DNA from: Candidatus Woesearchaeota archaeon
GTDB lineage: Archaea > Nanobdellota > Nanobdellia > Woesearchaeales > ARS49
Length of the DNA: 64,000 nucleotides
Assembly: GCA_037445145.1 (NCBI GenBank)
Contig: JBBILB010000006.1
Coordinates: forward strand, 2,064-66,063
Direction of reading: 5' to 3'
Part shown: positions 9,161-17,229 of the stretch, in pieces
Position numbering within the stretch: the stretch's first letter is position 1
Layout: every line of letters begins with the position of its first letter
Made by a program: the position numbers and the translations under genes
Notes under the pieces: model-generated
Told to the model about the DNA's origin: nothing
The model's input: the letters and a program-made list of their open reading frames with translations, nothing else
Database searches by the model: none

Positions 9161-10425
9161 GGCAATACCCTTCCGGCGTATTTTGCTTTCCTTCCGAGCT
9201 CTTCCTCAATCCTGAGCAGCTGGTTGTACTTTGCCAGTCTTTCCCCCCTGCAGGGCGCGCCTGACTTTATCTGCCCTGATGCAATTCCGACGGCAAGGTC
9301 TGCGATGAATGAATCTGTTGTCTCGCCTGACCTGTGGCTTGCCATTACCTTCCAATTGTTGTCCATTGCGAGCCTTGCCGCATCTATTGCTTCCGTAATC
9401 GTGCCTATCTGGTTTATTTTGAGCAGCAATGCCGTGCAGCTTTGGTGCACGAGCGCTGTGCGTATCCTGTCAGGGTTTGTGCACAACAGGTCATCGCCGA
9501 CTATTTGCGCCCTTTTTCTTGCTTGCCTTGTGAGTTTTGCAAAGTCTTCAAATGCGTCCTCGTGGAAGGGGTCTTCTATTGAGAGCAGGGGGTATGCTCC
9601 TATTATCTCAATGTATTTTTCCATCAGGTCATAAGAGGTGAGCTCTTCGCCTTCCACGTAGTATTTTTTGTTCCTGTAAAAGGTGCTTGCTGCAGCGTCA
9701 ATTCCTAATGCGACTTTTTTCCAGTAGCCGAGGTTTTGGACAGCGTCTGCAATGATGTCAAGGGGCTCAAGCATGCAGGTCATTGGAGGCGCAAAACCGC
9801 CTTCGTCGCCGACGTTTGTTGCTGTTTTTCCAAAATTCTCCTCAAGCAAATTCCTTAGTTCGTGGTATACTTCTGCGCCTATCTGCATTGCCTCTGAGAA
9901 TGTTTTTGCCCCGACTGGGAAAAGCAGGTATTCCTGGAAGTCAAGCCTGTTCCCTGCGTGCTTTCCGCCGTTGATTATGTTGAATGCGGGCACTGGCAGT
10001 ATTGGTTTTTTGGTGCCGTAAAGTGAAGCGATGTGCGCATAAAGGGGGATTTGCTTTTCTTTTGCTGCAAGCCTGCAGCACGCCATGCTCACTGCAAGTA
10101 TTGCGTTTGCGCCGAGCTTTGCCTTGTTGTGCGTGCCGTCAAGCTCAATCATTGTCTTGTCAATGAGTTCCTGGTCTGCGGGATTCTTGCCTATCAGCTT
10201 TTTCGCAATGATGGTGTCCACGTTTTGCACTGCCTTGAGGACACCCTTGCCTGAGTATCTTTTTCCGCCATCCCTTATCTCAAGCGCCTCGTGGACTCCT
10301 GTGCTTGCCCCTGATGGCACGCTTGCGCACGCTTTGTTTTTTGCGGAATGCACAGTAACCTCGACTGTCGGGTTGCCTCGCGAGTCAAGAATTTCCCTTG
10401 CAGTAATCTGCTTTATTGCTCCCAT
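9157..10425 (-). CDS. eno: Enolase
   Basis: DSRGNPTVEV, PSGASTG, GDEGGFAP, SHRSGET, KYNQLLRIEE. Confidence 0.97.
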   Translation of the reverse strand: MGAIKQITAREILDSRGNPTVEVTVHSAKNKACASVPSGASTGVHEALEIRDGGKRYSGKGVLKAVQNVDTIIAKKLIGKNPADQELIDKTMIELDGTHNKAKLGANAILAVSMACCRLAAKEKQIPLYAHIASLYGTKKPILPVPAFNIINGGKHAGNRLDFQEYLLFPVGAKTFSEAMQIGAEVYHELRNLLEENFGKTATNVGDEGGFAPPMTCMLEPLDIIADAVQNLGYWKKVALGIDAAASTFYRNKKYYVEGEELTSYDLMEKYIEIIGAYPLLSIEDPFHEDAFEDFAKLTRQARKRAQIVGDDLLCTNPDRIRTALVHQSCTALLLKINQIGTITEAIDAARLAMDNNWKVMASHRSGETTDSFIADLAVGIASGQIKSGAPCRGERLAKYNQLLRIEEELGRKAKYAGRVLP

Positions 10426-10479
10426 TTCCACCACTTTTTAATAGACGAGAAACAGGGGGATTAGTATATAAATGCTTCG

Positions 10480-11253
10480 TCAGCCTATGTAGCTCGTGTC
10501 CTTGTGCCTGCGGAGCTTTGCGAGGGATTTTACCTGCTTGATGGCAGGGTTTTCTGCGATTTTCTGCTCTAGCTGGGCAAGCTCTTTTTCGAGCTGCTTC
10601 ATCCGCAGGTTGAGGCTGAGTTTTGTGTTGAGGACTTTCAGAAGTTCCCTTGCGCCGGCAATGCCCAAATACATGGGGTGCCCGTATGTTTCTGCAAGCA
10701 GTGATACTGCCTCAATGTTTTTTCTTTTTGCAAGCCCGAGCAACACTCCCGAGACTCCGACTATTGGTCCGACGGTGCCGTAGAGGTTGTTGTTCAATTG
10801 TGTGCTTTTCTGGTATTTCCTGACTATTTCCCTGCTGTTTCCTGTCAGAAAGACCTGCGGTGTTTTCGGGACATGCTTCATTGCAATTCCGCCAAGGGTT
10901 ATGATTTCCCTGCAGTTGAATTCCCTTGCCATTTCAAGGACTGTGTCTGAGAACTGGTAGCAGGACTGCTCGTCCAATGGCTGGACGTCTCCTGCGAGCA
11001 GGAGCAGGTCCGGCTTTCCTTTTCTCTGCTTTGCAAAAATTTCTATCGCCGGCAGCTCGACAAGGTTTTCCTCGTTGACAAATACTGAGTGCGGGAAGCC
11101 GTATGAGTGGAATTCCGCAATTTTTCTGGCTTTTGTCTCGTCTATTATGAGGTCAAGTGCGAGCTTGCCGACATTTCCTATCCCTGGCAGGCCTTCAATG
11201 AGTATCGGGTTTTTCAATGCAGGCTTTTTTGTTGTGTAATTGAGATTCCACAT
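10480..11253 (-). CDS. PAC2-family proteasome assembly chaperone
   Basis: IEGLPGIGNVGK motif; conserved position after nop10; ATG at 11253. Confidence 0.88.
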   Translation of the reverse strand: MWNLNYTTKKPALKNPILIEGLPGIGNVGKLALDLIIDETKARKIAEFHSYGFPHSVFVNEENLVELPAIEIFAKQRKGKPDLLLLAGDVQPLDEQSCYQFSDTVLEMAREFNCREIITLGGIAMKHVPKTPQVFLTGNSREIVRKYQKSTQLNNNLYGTVGPIVGVSGVLLGLAKRKNIEAVSLLAETYGHPMYLGIAGARELLKVLNTKLSLNLRMKQLEKELAQLEQKIAENPAIKQVKSLAKLRRHKDTSYIG

Positions 11254-11254
11254 C

Positions 11255-11428
11255 TCACAGCAGCCCCTGTTTTTTGCGCTCTTCTTCTTTTGCCTTTCTC
11301 CTGTACGCGCAGTACTTGTCCTCTGGCGAGTATCTTGCTGGCGCAACAGGCATTGTTTTGAGCGTGCACCCGCATTCTTCTGCCATGGTGTGCTTCTTGC
11401 AGGTTGTGCAGTATCTTATTTCCTTCAT
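11255..11428 (-). CDS. nop10: H/ACA RNP protein Nop10 (57 aa, below the ORF-track cutoff)
   Basis: Manual translation MKEIRYCTTCKKHTMAEECGC...PARYSPEDKYCAYRR; start overlaps the aIF2-alpha stop. Confidence 0.88.
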   Translation of the reverse strand: MKEIRYCTTCKKHTMAEECGCTLKTMPVAPARYSPEDKYCAYRRKAKEEERKKQGLL

Positions 11429-12207
11429 CAGCTGTGCTCCGCGCGCACGAATTCTGCTGTCATCTTGTGCGCCTTTGCGGCTTCAAGGACTGCATCAACT
11501 GCTGTTTTGAGCTTTTTTTCCGCTTCCTTGTAGTCGTTTGATGTTATGGAAATGTGGTAGGTTCCTGCGCCCTTGTAGCGTATTACTGGCTTTCCGGGTG
11601 TTTTTTCCGCTTTTTGCAGTGTTTCTTTCACGAGCTCAATGCCGTTTGGCGCGTACGACAGCAACGTGATGTCTCCATCAACCGTGACTTCCTTTGGCGT
11701 TATGCGCTGTTTTATTGCTGTTGTTATGTCTGCCGCGATTTTTTTGTCTATGAGTGTGCTGAGGTCAAGCCTGTCCTGCGCAACTTCCTCAAATGCGGGG
11801 AAGAGCCCGCCGTATTTTGGCACAAGCTCCTTTGTGAGCGCGAGATAGATTTCTTCCGGCTTTTTCAAGTGCTGTTTTGCCGCGTGCTCAACTATTTTTT
11901 CGGCAAGCTGTTCCTGTTTTATCTGGTTGAGCTTTTGGCGCTTCTGGTTTTCGTTGACCCTCCTGAGCGACAGGTCTATGTGGCCTTTCTCTGGATTTAC
12001 CCTGAGGACTTTGCACACTATTTTTTTGCCTTCCTTGACAAAGTCGCGTATGTTTCTTATTCTTCCCGGTGCGACTTCAGAGATGTGTATCATTCCTGTC
12101 TTGCCGTACTCGTCAAGCGAGCAGAAGACTGAATGGTATTGGACCGCGGTTACCGTACAAAGAACGAGTTCGTCCTCCTGCGGGAGACCTGTCTTTTTCA
12201 GCAGCAT
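11428..12207 (-). CDS. eif2a: Translation initiation factor aIF2 alpha
   Basis: S1 domain HISEVAPGRIRNIRD, KGHIDLSLRRV. Confidence 0.95.
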   Translation of the reverse strand: MLLKKTGLPQEDELVLCTVTAVQYHSVFCSLDEYGKTGMIHISEVAPGRIRNIRDFVKEGKKIVCKVLRVNPEKGHIDLSLRRVNENQKRQKLNQIKQEQLAEKIVEHAAKQHLKKPEEIYLALTKELVPKYGGLFPAFEEVAQDRLDLSTLIDKKIAADITTAIKQRITPKEVTVDGDITLLSYAPNGIELVKETLQKAEKTPGKPVIRYKGAGTYHISITSNDYKEAEKKLKTAVDAVLEAAKAHKMTAEFVRAEHS

Positions 12208-12497
12208 TATCTCCTGTCTACCTCGGTTATTTGATAATGGAGCGTTATCTTTCTTCCGTCTGTGCTTGCGCCTGTTACTTCGCTTTCTGCGATGGTTTTG
12301 TGGCCGCTGACGAGTCTTACCGGCAAATTGCCGAATCTTTCCATCAGGAATTCCTCAATGCCGCCGTCAAGGGACCTTAGCGTGTTTGGGCTGATTCTTG
12401 CCTCGTGAAGCGGGATTGCCACTTCTAGTTTTGTGCCTTGCTTTACTCTTTTTGCGTCTTTTTCGTGAAGCAGGTATGTTCTGATTAGCTTTATCAT
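12207..12497 (-). CDS. Hypothetical protein inserted between rps27e and aIF2-alpha
   Basis: 96 aa ORF with start/stop overlaps to both neighbours. Confidence 0.6.
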   Translation of the reverse strand: MIKLIRTYLLHEKDAKRVKQGTKLEVAIPLHEARISPNTLRSLDGGIEEFLMERFGNLPVRLVSGHKTIAESEVTGASTDGRKITLHYQITEVDRR

Positions 12498-12688
12498 TCA
12501 AGCACTTCCAGGACGCGCGCCTTTACTTTGCTCTTTCCGCCTGTTGGCTCTGCAAGGAATTTTCCGCAGATAAGGCATTTGATGAGAGTTGATGCCCTGC
12601 CGAACATTATCTGTTCGTTCTTGCACTTTGGGCAGCGTATCTTGATGAATTTTGAGCTTGTTTCTTTCAGGGCTTTCGGGGTTCTCAT
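12494..12688 (-). CDS. rps27e: 30S ribosomal protein S27e
   Basis: SKFIKIRCPKCKNEQIMF...CLICG...PTGGK. Confidence 0.95.
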   Translation of the reverse strand: MRTPKALKETSSKFIKIRCPKCKNEQIMFGRASTLIKCLICGKFLAEPTGGKSKVKARVLEVLE

Positions 12689-13002
12689 ATGAATTCCACC
12701 TTTCTTGCCCTGAATCCCCTGTCTTGGGTGTGGGCTTTCTTGCAAATGCTGCACTCAAAGCGCAGGTCTGTTTTTTTTGAGGTCTTTTTTCCTGCCATTT
12801 TCCACTTGCTGATTGCCGGTTTTGAGTACTTTCCTGCGTTTCCAAAGCCGATCCTGCCCCTTTTTTTTGCGCGCAGGTCCTTGTTTCCTGCTGCGAGCGG
12901 GTGGGCTGAGAATGGTGTCTTTCCTTTGTTATGCACGACCTTGTGTTCTGTGTGCTTTTTGCACTTGGGGCAGTACTTGTTCCTTGATTTTGGTAGCTTC
13001 AT
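12685..13002 (-). CDS. rpl44e: 50S ribosomal protein L44e
   Basis: YCPKCKKHTEHKV...KKTDLRFECSIC. Confidence 0.93.
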   Translation of the reverse strand: MKLPKSRNKYCPKCKKHTEHKVVHNKGKTPFSAHPLAAGNKDLRAKKRGRIGFGNAGKYSKPAISKWKMAGKKTSKKTDLRFECSICKKAHTQDRGFRARKVEFI

Positions 13003-13086
13003 GGTATTTTCCTTCCTCGCGAGAATAGACGTAAGCACAAATGGTTCATTTATAAAGATTGTGGTGCTGGCTGCCTGCTGCAGGGG

Positions 13087-13758
13087 TTATTCCTGCACTT
13101 CCACTGCGCTTCCCTTTTCTATGAGTATGTCGGCTATGTCTGCAGGCAATTGCTCCTTTTGTTCTGGCTGGAATGGTCCGTAAAGCTCCAGTTCCTTGCC
13201 GACAAATTGGTCAACCTGCTGGGTGAATTTGACTGTTTTTGTTGCTGGCGCAGGAGGTGGTTCAAGGGGTTGCACGACTGCTTGCGGCTGTCCTGCGAGT
13301 TTTTGGCATTCAGGCAGGCTGATTGATGGCTCATTCAGTGAGAGCACGCTGTAGAGCACGCTGCTCCTGAAGCTGTCAAGCACTGACACGATGCTGTCAA
13401 ACAGGTATCTTTCGTGGACCAGGAGGGGTGTGGTGTCTATGATGTTGCTTTTTGTCCTGCTTCTGTTCAGCGCCATGTCTGTTATTTTTTTCTCTCTGCG
13501 CTCGTAAAGCTCCCTGACTATTTTCCTGATGTTTACCAATTGCACCTGCGTCTTTTCCCTTTCTTCAAGCGAGAAGATGTCCTGCTTTCTTTCTGCCTCG
13601 TCAAGGATTTTCTGCTTTTCCCGCAAATAATTGAGGACGTCAAGCAGGAAGCCTTCATTGAGCTGCTGCAGTTCCTCGCGGGATTTTTCGCGCCTTAGCA
13701 TTTCGTAAAGCGTTTCGTAAGTGACTGCCACTTCCTTTTGAGAATCTGATTCTTCCAT
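13087..13758 (-). CDS. GINS complex subunit (Gins51-like)
   Basis: REKSREELQQL, LYERREKKI, C-terminal B domain FVG...YGPF...DILIEKG. Confidence 0.8.
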   Translation of the reverse strand: MEESDSQKEVAVTYETLYEMLRREKSREELQQLNEGFLLDVLNYLREKQKILDEAERKQDIFSLEEREKTQVQLVNIRKIVRELYERREKKITDMALNRSRTKSNIIDTTPLLVHERYLFDSIVSVLDSFRSSVLYSVLSLNEPSISLPECQKLAGQPQAVVQPLEPPPAPATKTVKFTQQVDQFVGKELELYGPFQPEQKEQLPADIADILIEKGSAVEVQE

Positions 13759-13838
13759 TTCCCCCACGGCAGTGAAACTGAATTGGTGTATTTATAGTTA
13801 TCTGAACTGCAGTTGATATGATTTCCCTTGACCGCAAA

Positions 13839-13916
13839 CCTTGAGGTTTGCACGAACGAAGTGAGTGCAACAAGAGGCTTAGCCGGACCGCGTTTCAGGC
13901 GCCTTGATGGAGTTTT
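13839..13916 (-). repeat. Intergenic repeat family 3, copy 1 (overlaps the pduO 3' end)
   Basis: Matches 34999-35066: CCTTGARGTTTGC...GTGCAAC...GGACCGC...TTCAG...CTTGATGGAGTTTT. Confidence 0.7.
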
Positions 13917-14517
13917 GGTCTTGTTTGTCTTGCTGATTGCCTGATGAATTGTCTTCTTTAAAGTACTTGTATATTGGCTGCTGTTCTGGTGCTGCGAATT
14001 CCTTGTTTGCGTATCTTGCCATCACGTAGAGGAGGTCTGAGAGCCTGTTCATGTATCTTATTATTTCAGGGTTGAGGGGGTATTGCTGGCTGAGCGCGAC
14101 AATCAGGCGTTCTGCTCTCCTGCAGACTGTCCTTGCAAGGTGGAGGAACGTGCTTGCCTGTGTACCTTTTGGCAGGATAAATGATGAGGGCGGGGTGAGC
14201 ATTGCGTCAAGCTCGTCAATGTGCTGCTCAAGTTCCCTCACTTGCTGGGGTGATGTCTGAGGGAGCTTTCTTGTTCCTGTGCTTGCCTTGCTCGTGAACC
14301 AAGAGAGCTCTGCTCCAAGGGTAAAGAGGTCGTGCTGGGCTTTCTCCACTATTTTCTGGAGTTTGTCGTCGGTTATGAAGCCAAGCGTCACGCCGAGGAC
14401 GCTGTTGAGCTCGTCAAGGGTGCCTGTTGCCTCTATGCGCAGGTCGTTTTTTGAGACGCGTTCCCCTCCCACGAATCCTGTCTTTCCTTCATCACCTGTT
14501 TTTGTGTAGATTTTCAT
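13879..14517 (-). CDS. pduO: ATP:cob(I)alamin adenosyltransferase, PduO type
   Basis: KIYTKTGDEG, GTLDELNS, ARTVCRRAER, NRLSDLL. Confidence 0.93.
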   Translation of the reverse strand: MKIYTKTGDEGKTGFVGGERVSKNDLRIEATGTLDELNSVLGVTLGFITDDKLQKIVEKAQHDLFTLGAELSWFTSKASTGTRKLPQTSPQQVRELEQHIDELDAMLTPPSSFILPKGTQASTFLHLARTVCRRAERLIVALSQQYPLNPEIIRYMNRLSDLLYVMARYANKEFAAPEQQPIYKYFKEDNSSGNQQDKQDQNSIKAPETRSG

Positions 14518-16673
14518 GGCTGCATCGGCGTCCCGCACACTTGGCATATGTTGCCTCTTTGCGAGAACTGCATTGCGGCACCGCATTCATCGCATCGGAC
14601 AAACGGGTTTTCTTGTGCTTGGCCTGTGGTCTTCTGCTCGTGTTTTCTTGTGCGGGCAATGTTTATTACCTGCTGGTCAAGGCTTTTGTCGCGGTACACG
14701 GTCAGTCCCTTGCAGCCGAGCTTGTGCGCAAGAATGAAGCCCTGTGAGACGTCCAGCAGGCTTGCGTCAGCAGGGAAGTTTATTGTCTTTGATATTGCGT
14801 TGTCAACGTGCTTTTGGAAGGCTGCCTGCATTCTTATGTGCCACTCAGGGGGGATTTCCTGCGCCGTGACGAAAATGCGCTTGACATCATCAGGAATCTC
14901 GGGAATGTGCTGGATTCCGCCACGCTCTGCTATTTCGCGCATTAATTGGTCTGAGTAAAAGCCGCGCTGTTTGGCAATCTTTGAAAAGACCTTGTTGACG
15001 TAGATGAGATCCGTGTCGCCCATCACGTTCTTGACGTATGAGATTGCAAAGTTCGGCTCAATGCTTGGGGAGACATCAGCTATCATGCTTATTGTCCCTG
15101 TTGGGGCTATCGTTACCAGAGAGGCATTTCGCAATGGCAGACTGCGTTGTGCAAAGGTGCTGTCCGCCCATGCAGGGAATGTTCCGCGCTGCTCTGCAAG
15201 GGCAATGCTTTTCGCGATTGCTTCTTCTTTTACGAATTTCATTATGCGCTCTGCCCATTTCAGTCCTTCCTCTGAGTTGTAAGGCACACCCATGTGGTAT
15301 AGGACATCTGCAAACCCCATTATCCCAACCCCGATCTTCCTGGTTGCCTTGCTTGCCTTCTCAATTTCAGGCAGGGGGTACTTGTTGACGTCAATGACGT
15401 TGTCAAGGAAGTGGACGGCATCATGCACGAGCAGCCTGAGCTTTTCCCAGTCAAACCCGTCATTTTTTACGCAGGAGAGCAGGTTTATTGCACCGAGGGG
15501 CGCTGACTCGTAAGGCATCAGCGGCTGGTCTCCGCAGGGGTCTGTTGCCTCAATCTCGCCAAGCCCGATGAGCGGGTTGTGCTGGTTTATTCTGTCAAGG
15601 AAAACAAGCCCCGGGTCTCCGCGCTGCCAGGCAAGCGCAACGATGTTGTCAAAGACGCCTCGTGCTGAGAGCGTTGTCACCGCCTGCTTTGTCCTTGGGT
15701 TTATTATGCTGTATTCGCGGTCGTTAACCACTGCGTCCATGAACGTGTCTGTGACGCCCACGGAGAGGTTGAAGTTTGTGAAGCTCTTGCCGTCTGCCTT
15801 CAGGTTGATGAATTCAAGGATGTCCGGGTGGTCAACGCGGAGTATGCCTATGTTTGCGCCCCTCTGAACTCCGCCTTCCTTTATTATGTTTGTTGATGCG
15901 TCAAAGAGGCGCATGAATGCCGTGGGTCCTGTTGACTGCCCCTGGCTTGTTGCAATGATGTCGTGCTTTGGCCTTAGCCTTGAGAACGAGAATCCTGTGC
16001 CGCCGCCTGTCTTGTGTATCATTGCTGCGTGCTTTAGGGCGTCAAAGATGCTTTCTATTGAGTCCTCGACAGGCAGGACGAATGAGGAGACCAGTTGCTG
16101 CACAGGCGTTCCGGCGTTCATCAGGGCGGGCGCGTTTGGGAGGAATTCAAGCCTGCGCATCCGGTCGTAGAACTTTTGCGCTGCTGCCTTGACATCGCCG
16201 CCGTAGAATGCCTCTGCTTGGGCAATGTTTGCTGCAACCCTTTTGAACATTTGCGAAGGCGTTTCAAGCAGCCTGCCTTCGGCGTCCTTCCTGAGGAACC
16301 TTTTTTCAAGCACTTTCAGCGCATTGAGGGATAGATCTGTTTCCTCGTCAGTCATTCCCTGCAGTATTGTCTTTTTGAGATTTCTTAGTTCTGTGCGTTT
16401 TTGCCTGTACAGGATGTATGCCTTTCCTATCTTTGCCTCCCCGCTTGAGATGAGGACTTCCTCAACTACATCCTGTATTTCCTCAACTGTCGGTATCTTG
16501 TCCTTGAACCTTGCCTCGAGGAGTTCCACAACCCTGTCGGAAAGCGCTTTTGCAAGAGGCATGTTTGGGCTTCCGACCGCCTGTGATGCCTTGAAAATTG
16601 CAGTGACTATTTTTTCCTGGCTGAAGTCAACAACGCGCCCGTCCCTTTTTGTTATTTTTGTGAGAAAAGTCAT
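14514..16673 (-). CDS. Class II (B12) ribonucleotide reductase paralog with ATP cone and altered active site
   Basis: ATP cone (ITKRDGRV...VEEIQDVVE); GGGTG, APTGTIS, ISKTIN, KGLTVYRD present; LVSSFV, TDPCGDQ and ESAPLG replace the canonical Cys motifs. Confidence 0.88.
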   Translation of the reverse strand: MTFLTKITKRDGRVVDFSQEKIVTAIFKASQAVGSPNMPLAKALSDRVVELLEARFKDKIPTVEEIQDVVEEVLISSGEAKIGKAYILYRQKRTELRNLKKTILQGMTDEETDLSLNALKVLEKRFLRKDAEGRLLETPSQMFKRVAANIAQAEAFYGGDVKAAAQKFYDRMRRLEFLPNAPALMNAGTPVQQLVSSFVLPVEDSIESIFDALKHAAMIHKTGGGTGFSFSRLRPKHDIIATSQGQSTGPTAFMRLFDASTNIIKEGGVQRGANIGILRVDHPDILEFINLKADGKSFTNFNLSVGVTDTFMDAVVNDREYSIINPRTKQAVTTLSARGVFDNIVALAWQRGDPGLVFLDRINQHNPLIGLGEIEATDPCGDQPLMPYESAPLGAINLLSCVKNDGFDWEKLRLLVHDAVHFLDNVIDVNKYPLPEIEKASKATRKIGVGIMGFADVLYHMGVPYNSEEGLKWAERIMKFVKEEAIAKSIALAEQRGTFPAWADSTFAQRSLPLRNASLVTIAPTGTISMIADVSPSIEPNFAISYVKNVMGDTDLIYVNKVFSKIAKQRGFYSDQLMREIAERGGIQHIPEIPDDVKRIFVTAQEIPPEWHIRMQAAFQKHVDNAISKTINFPADASLLDVSQGFILAHKLGCKGLTVYRDKSLDQQVINIARTRKHEQKTTGQAQENPFVRCDECGAAMQFSQRGNICQVCGTPMQP

Positions 16674-17188
16674 ACTGGTGCTGAAGCAGTTATTTTTCTG
16701 GCTCTTCCCCCTGCACCCTTCTGGGAGGCGGACTTATTAAACTTTGCTGCTTCCCGTGCCGCTTCAACAAACTGTCTGGCTTCTGTGAAGCGTTTGTAGA
16801 CTGATGCGAACCTGACATATGCGACCTCGTCCATTGCCTTTAGTTTTTCAACAACCATGTCGCCTACGAGCCTGCTTGGTATTTCTGTCCTGTCCATCTG
16901 CCTTAGCTGCAGTTCTATGTCGTTGACTGCGCGCTCAATCCTTTCCATTCTCACAGGTCTTTTTTCGCAGGCCCTGAGGATGCCTCTCAGGAGCTTGGTG
17001 CGGTCAAACGGCTCGCTCCTGCCGTCTTTTTTTATGATTGAGAGGCCGAGGATTTCAACGTGCTCTTTTGTGGTAAAGCGTTTTGCGCATTTGGTGCACT
17101 CTCTTCTGCGCCTTATTGAGCTGTTGTCAGAGGCAGGCCGGCTGTCAAGGACGCTTGTTTCGTGGTGCTGGCAGTAGGGGCATTTCAT
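16670..17188 (-). CDS. nrdR: Transcriptional repressor NrdR
   Basis: MKCPYC...VLDSR...IRRRRECTKCAKRFTT zinc ribbon, ATP cone, AYVRFASVY. Confidence 0.96.
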   Translation of the reverse strand: MKCPYCQHHETSVLDSRPASDNSSIRRRRECTKCAKRFTTKEHVEILGLSIIKKDGRSEPFDRTKLLRGILRACEKRPVRMERIERAVNDIELQLRQMDRTEIPSRLVGDMVVEKLKAMDEVAYVRFASVYKRFTEARQFVEAAREAAKFNKSASQKGAGGRARKITASAPV

Positions 17189-17229
17189 TTTGGTTTGCAG
17201 TTAACAGTTGGCTGTAAACTGTGTGCTTT

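Noticed and set aside
15501-16085. Selenocysteine recoding or an intein explaining the missing RNR cysteines
   Set aside because: The coding-strand codons are TCA (Ser) and GCG (Ala), not TGA; the ORF is uninterrupted and shows no intein motifs.
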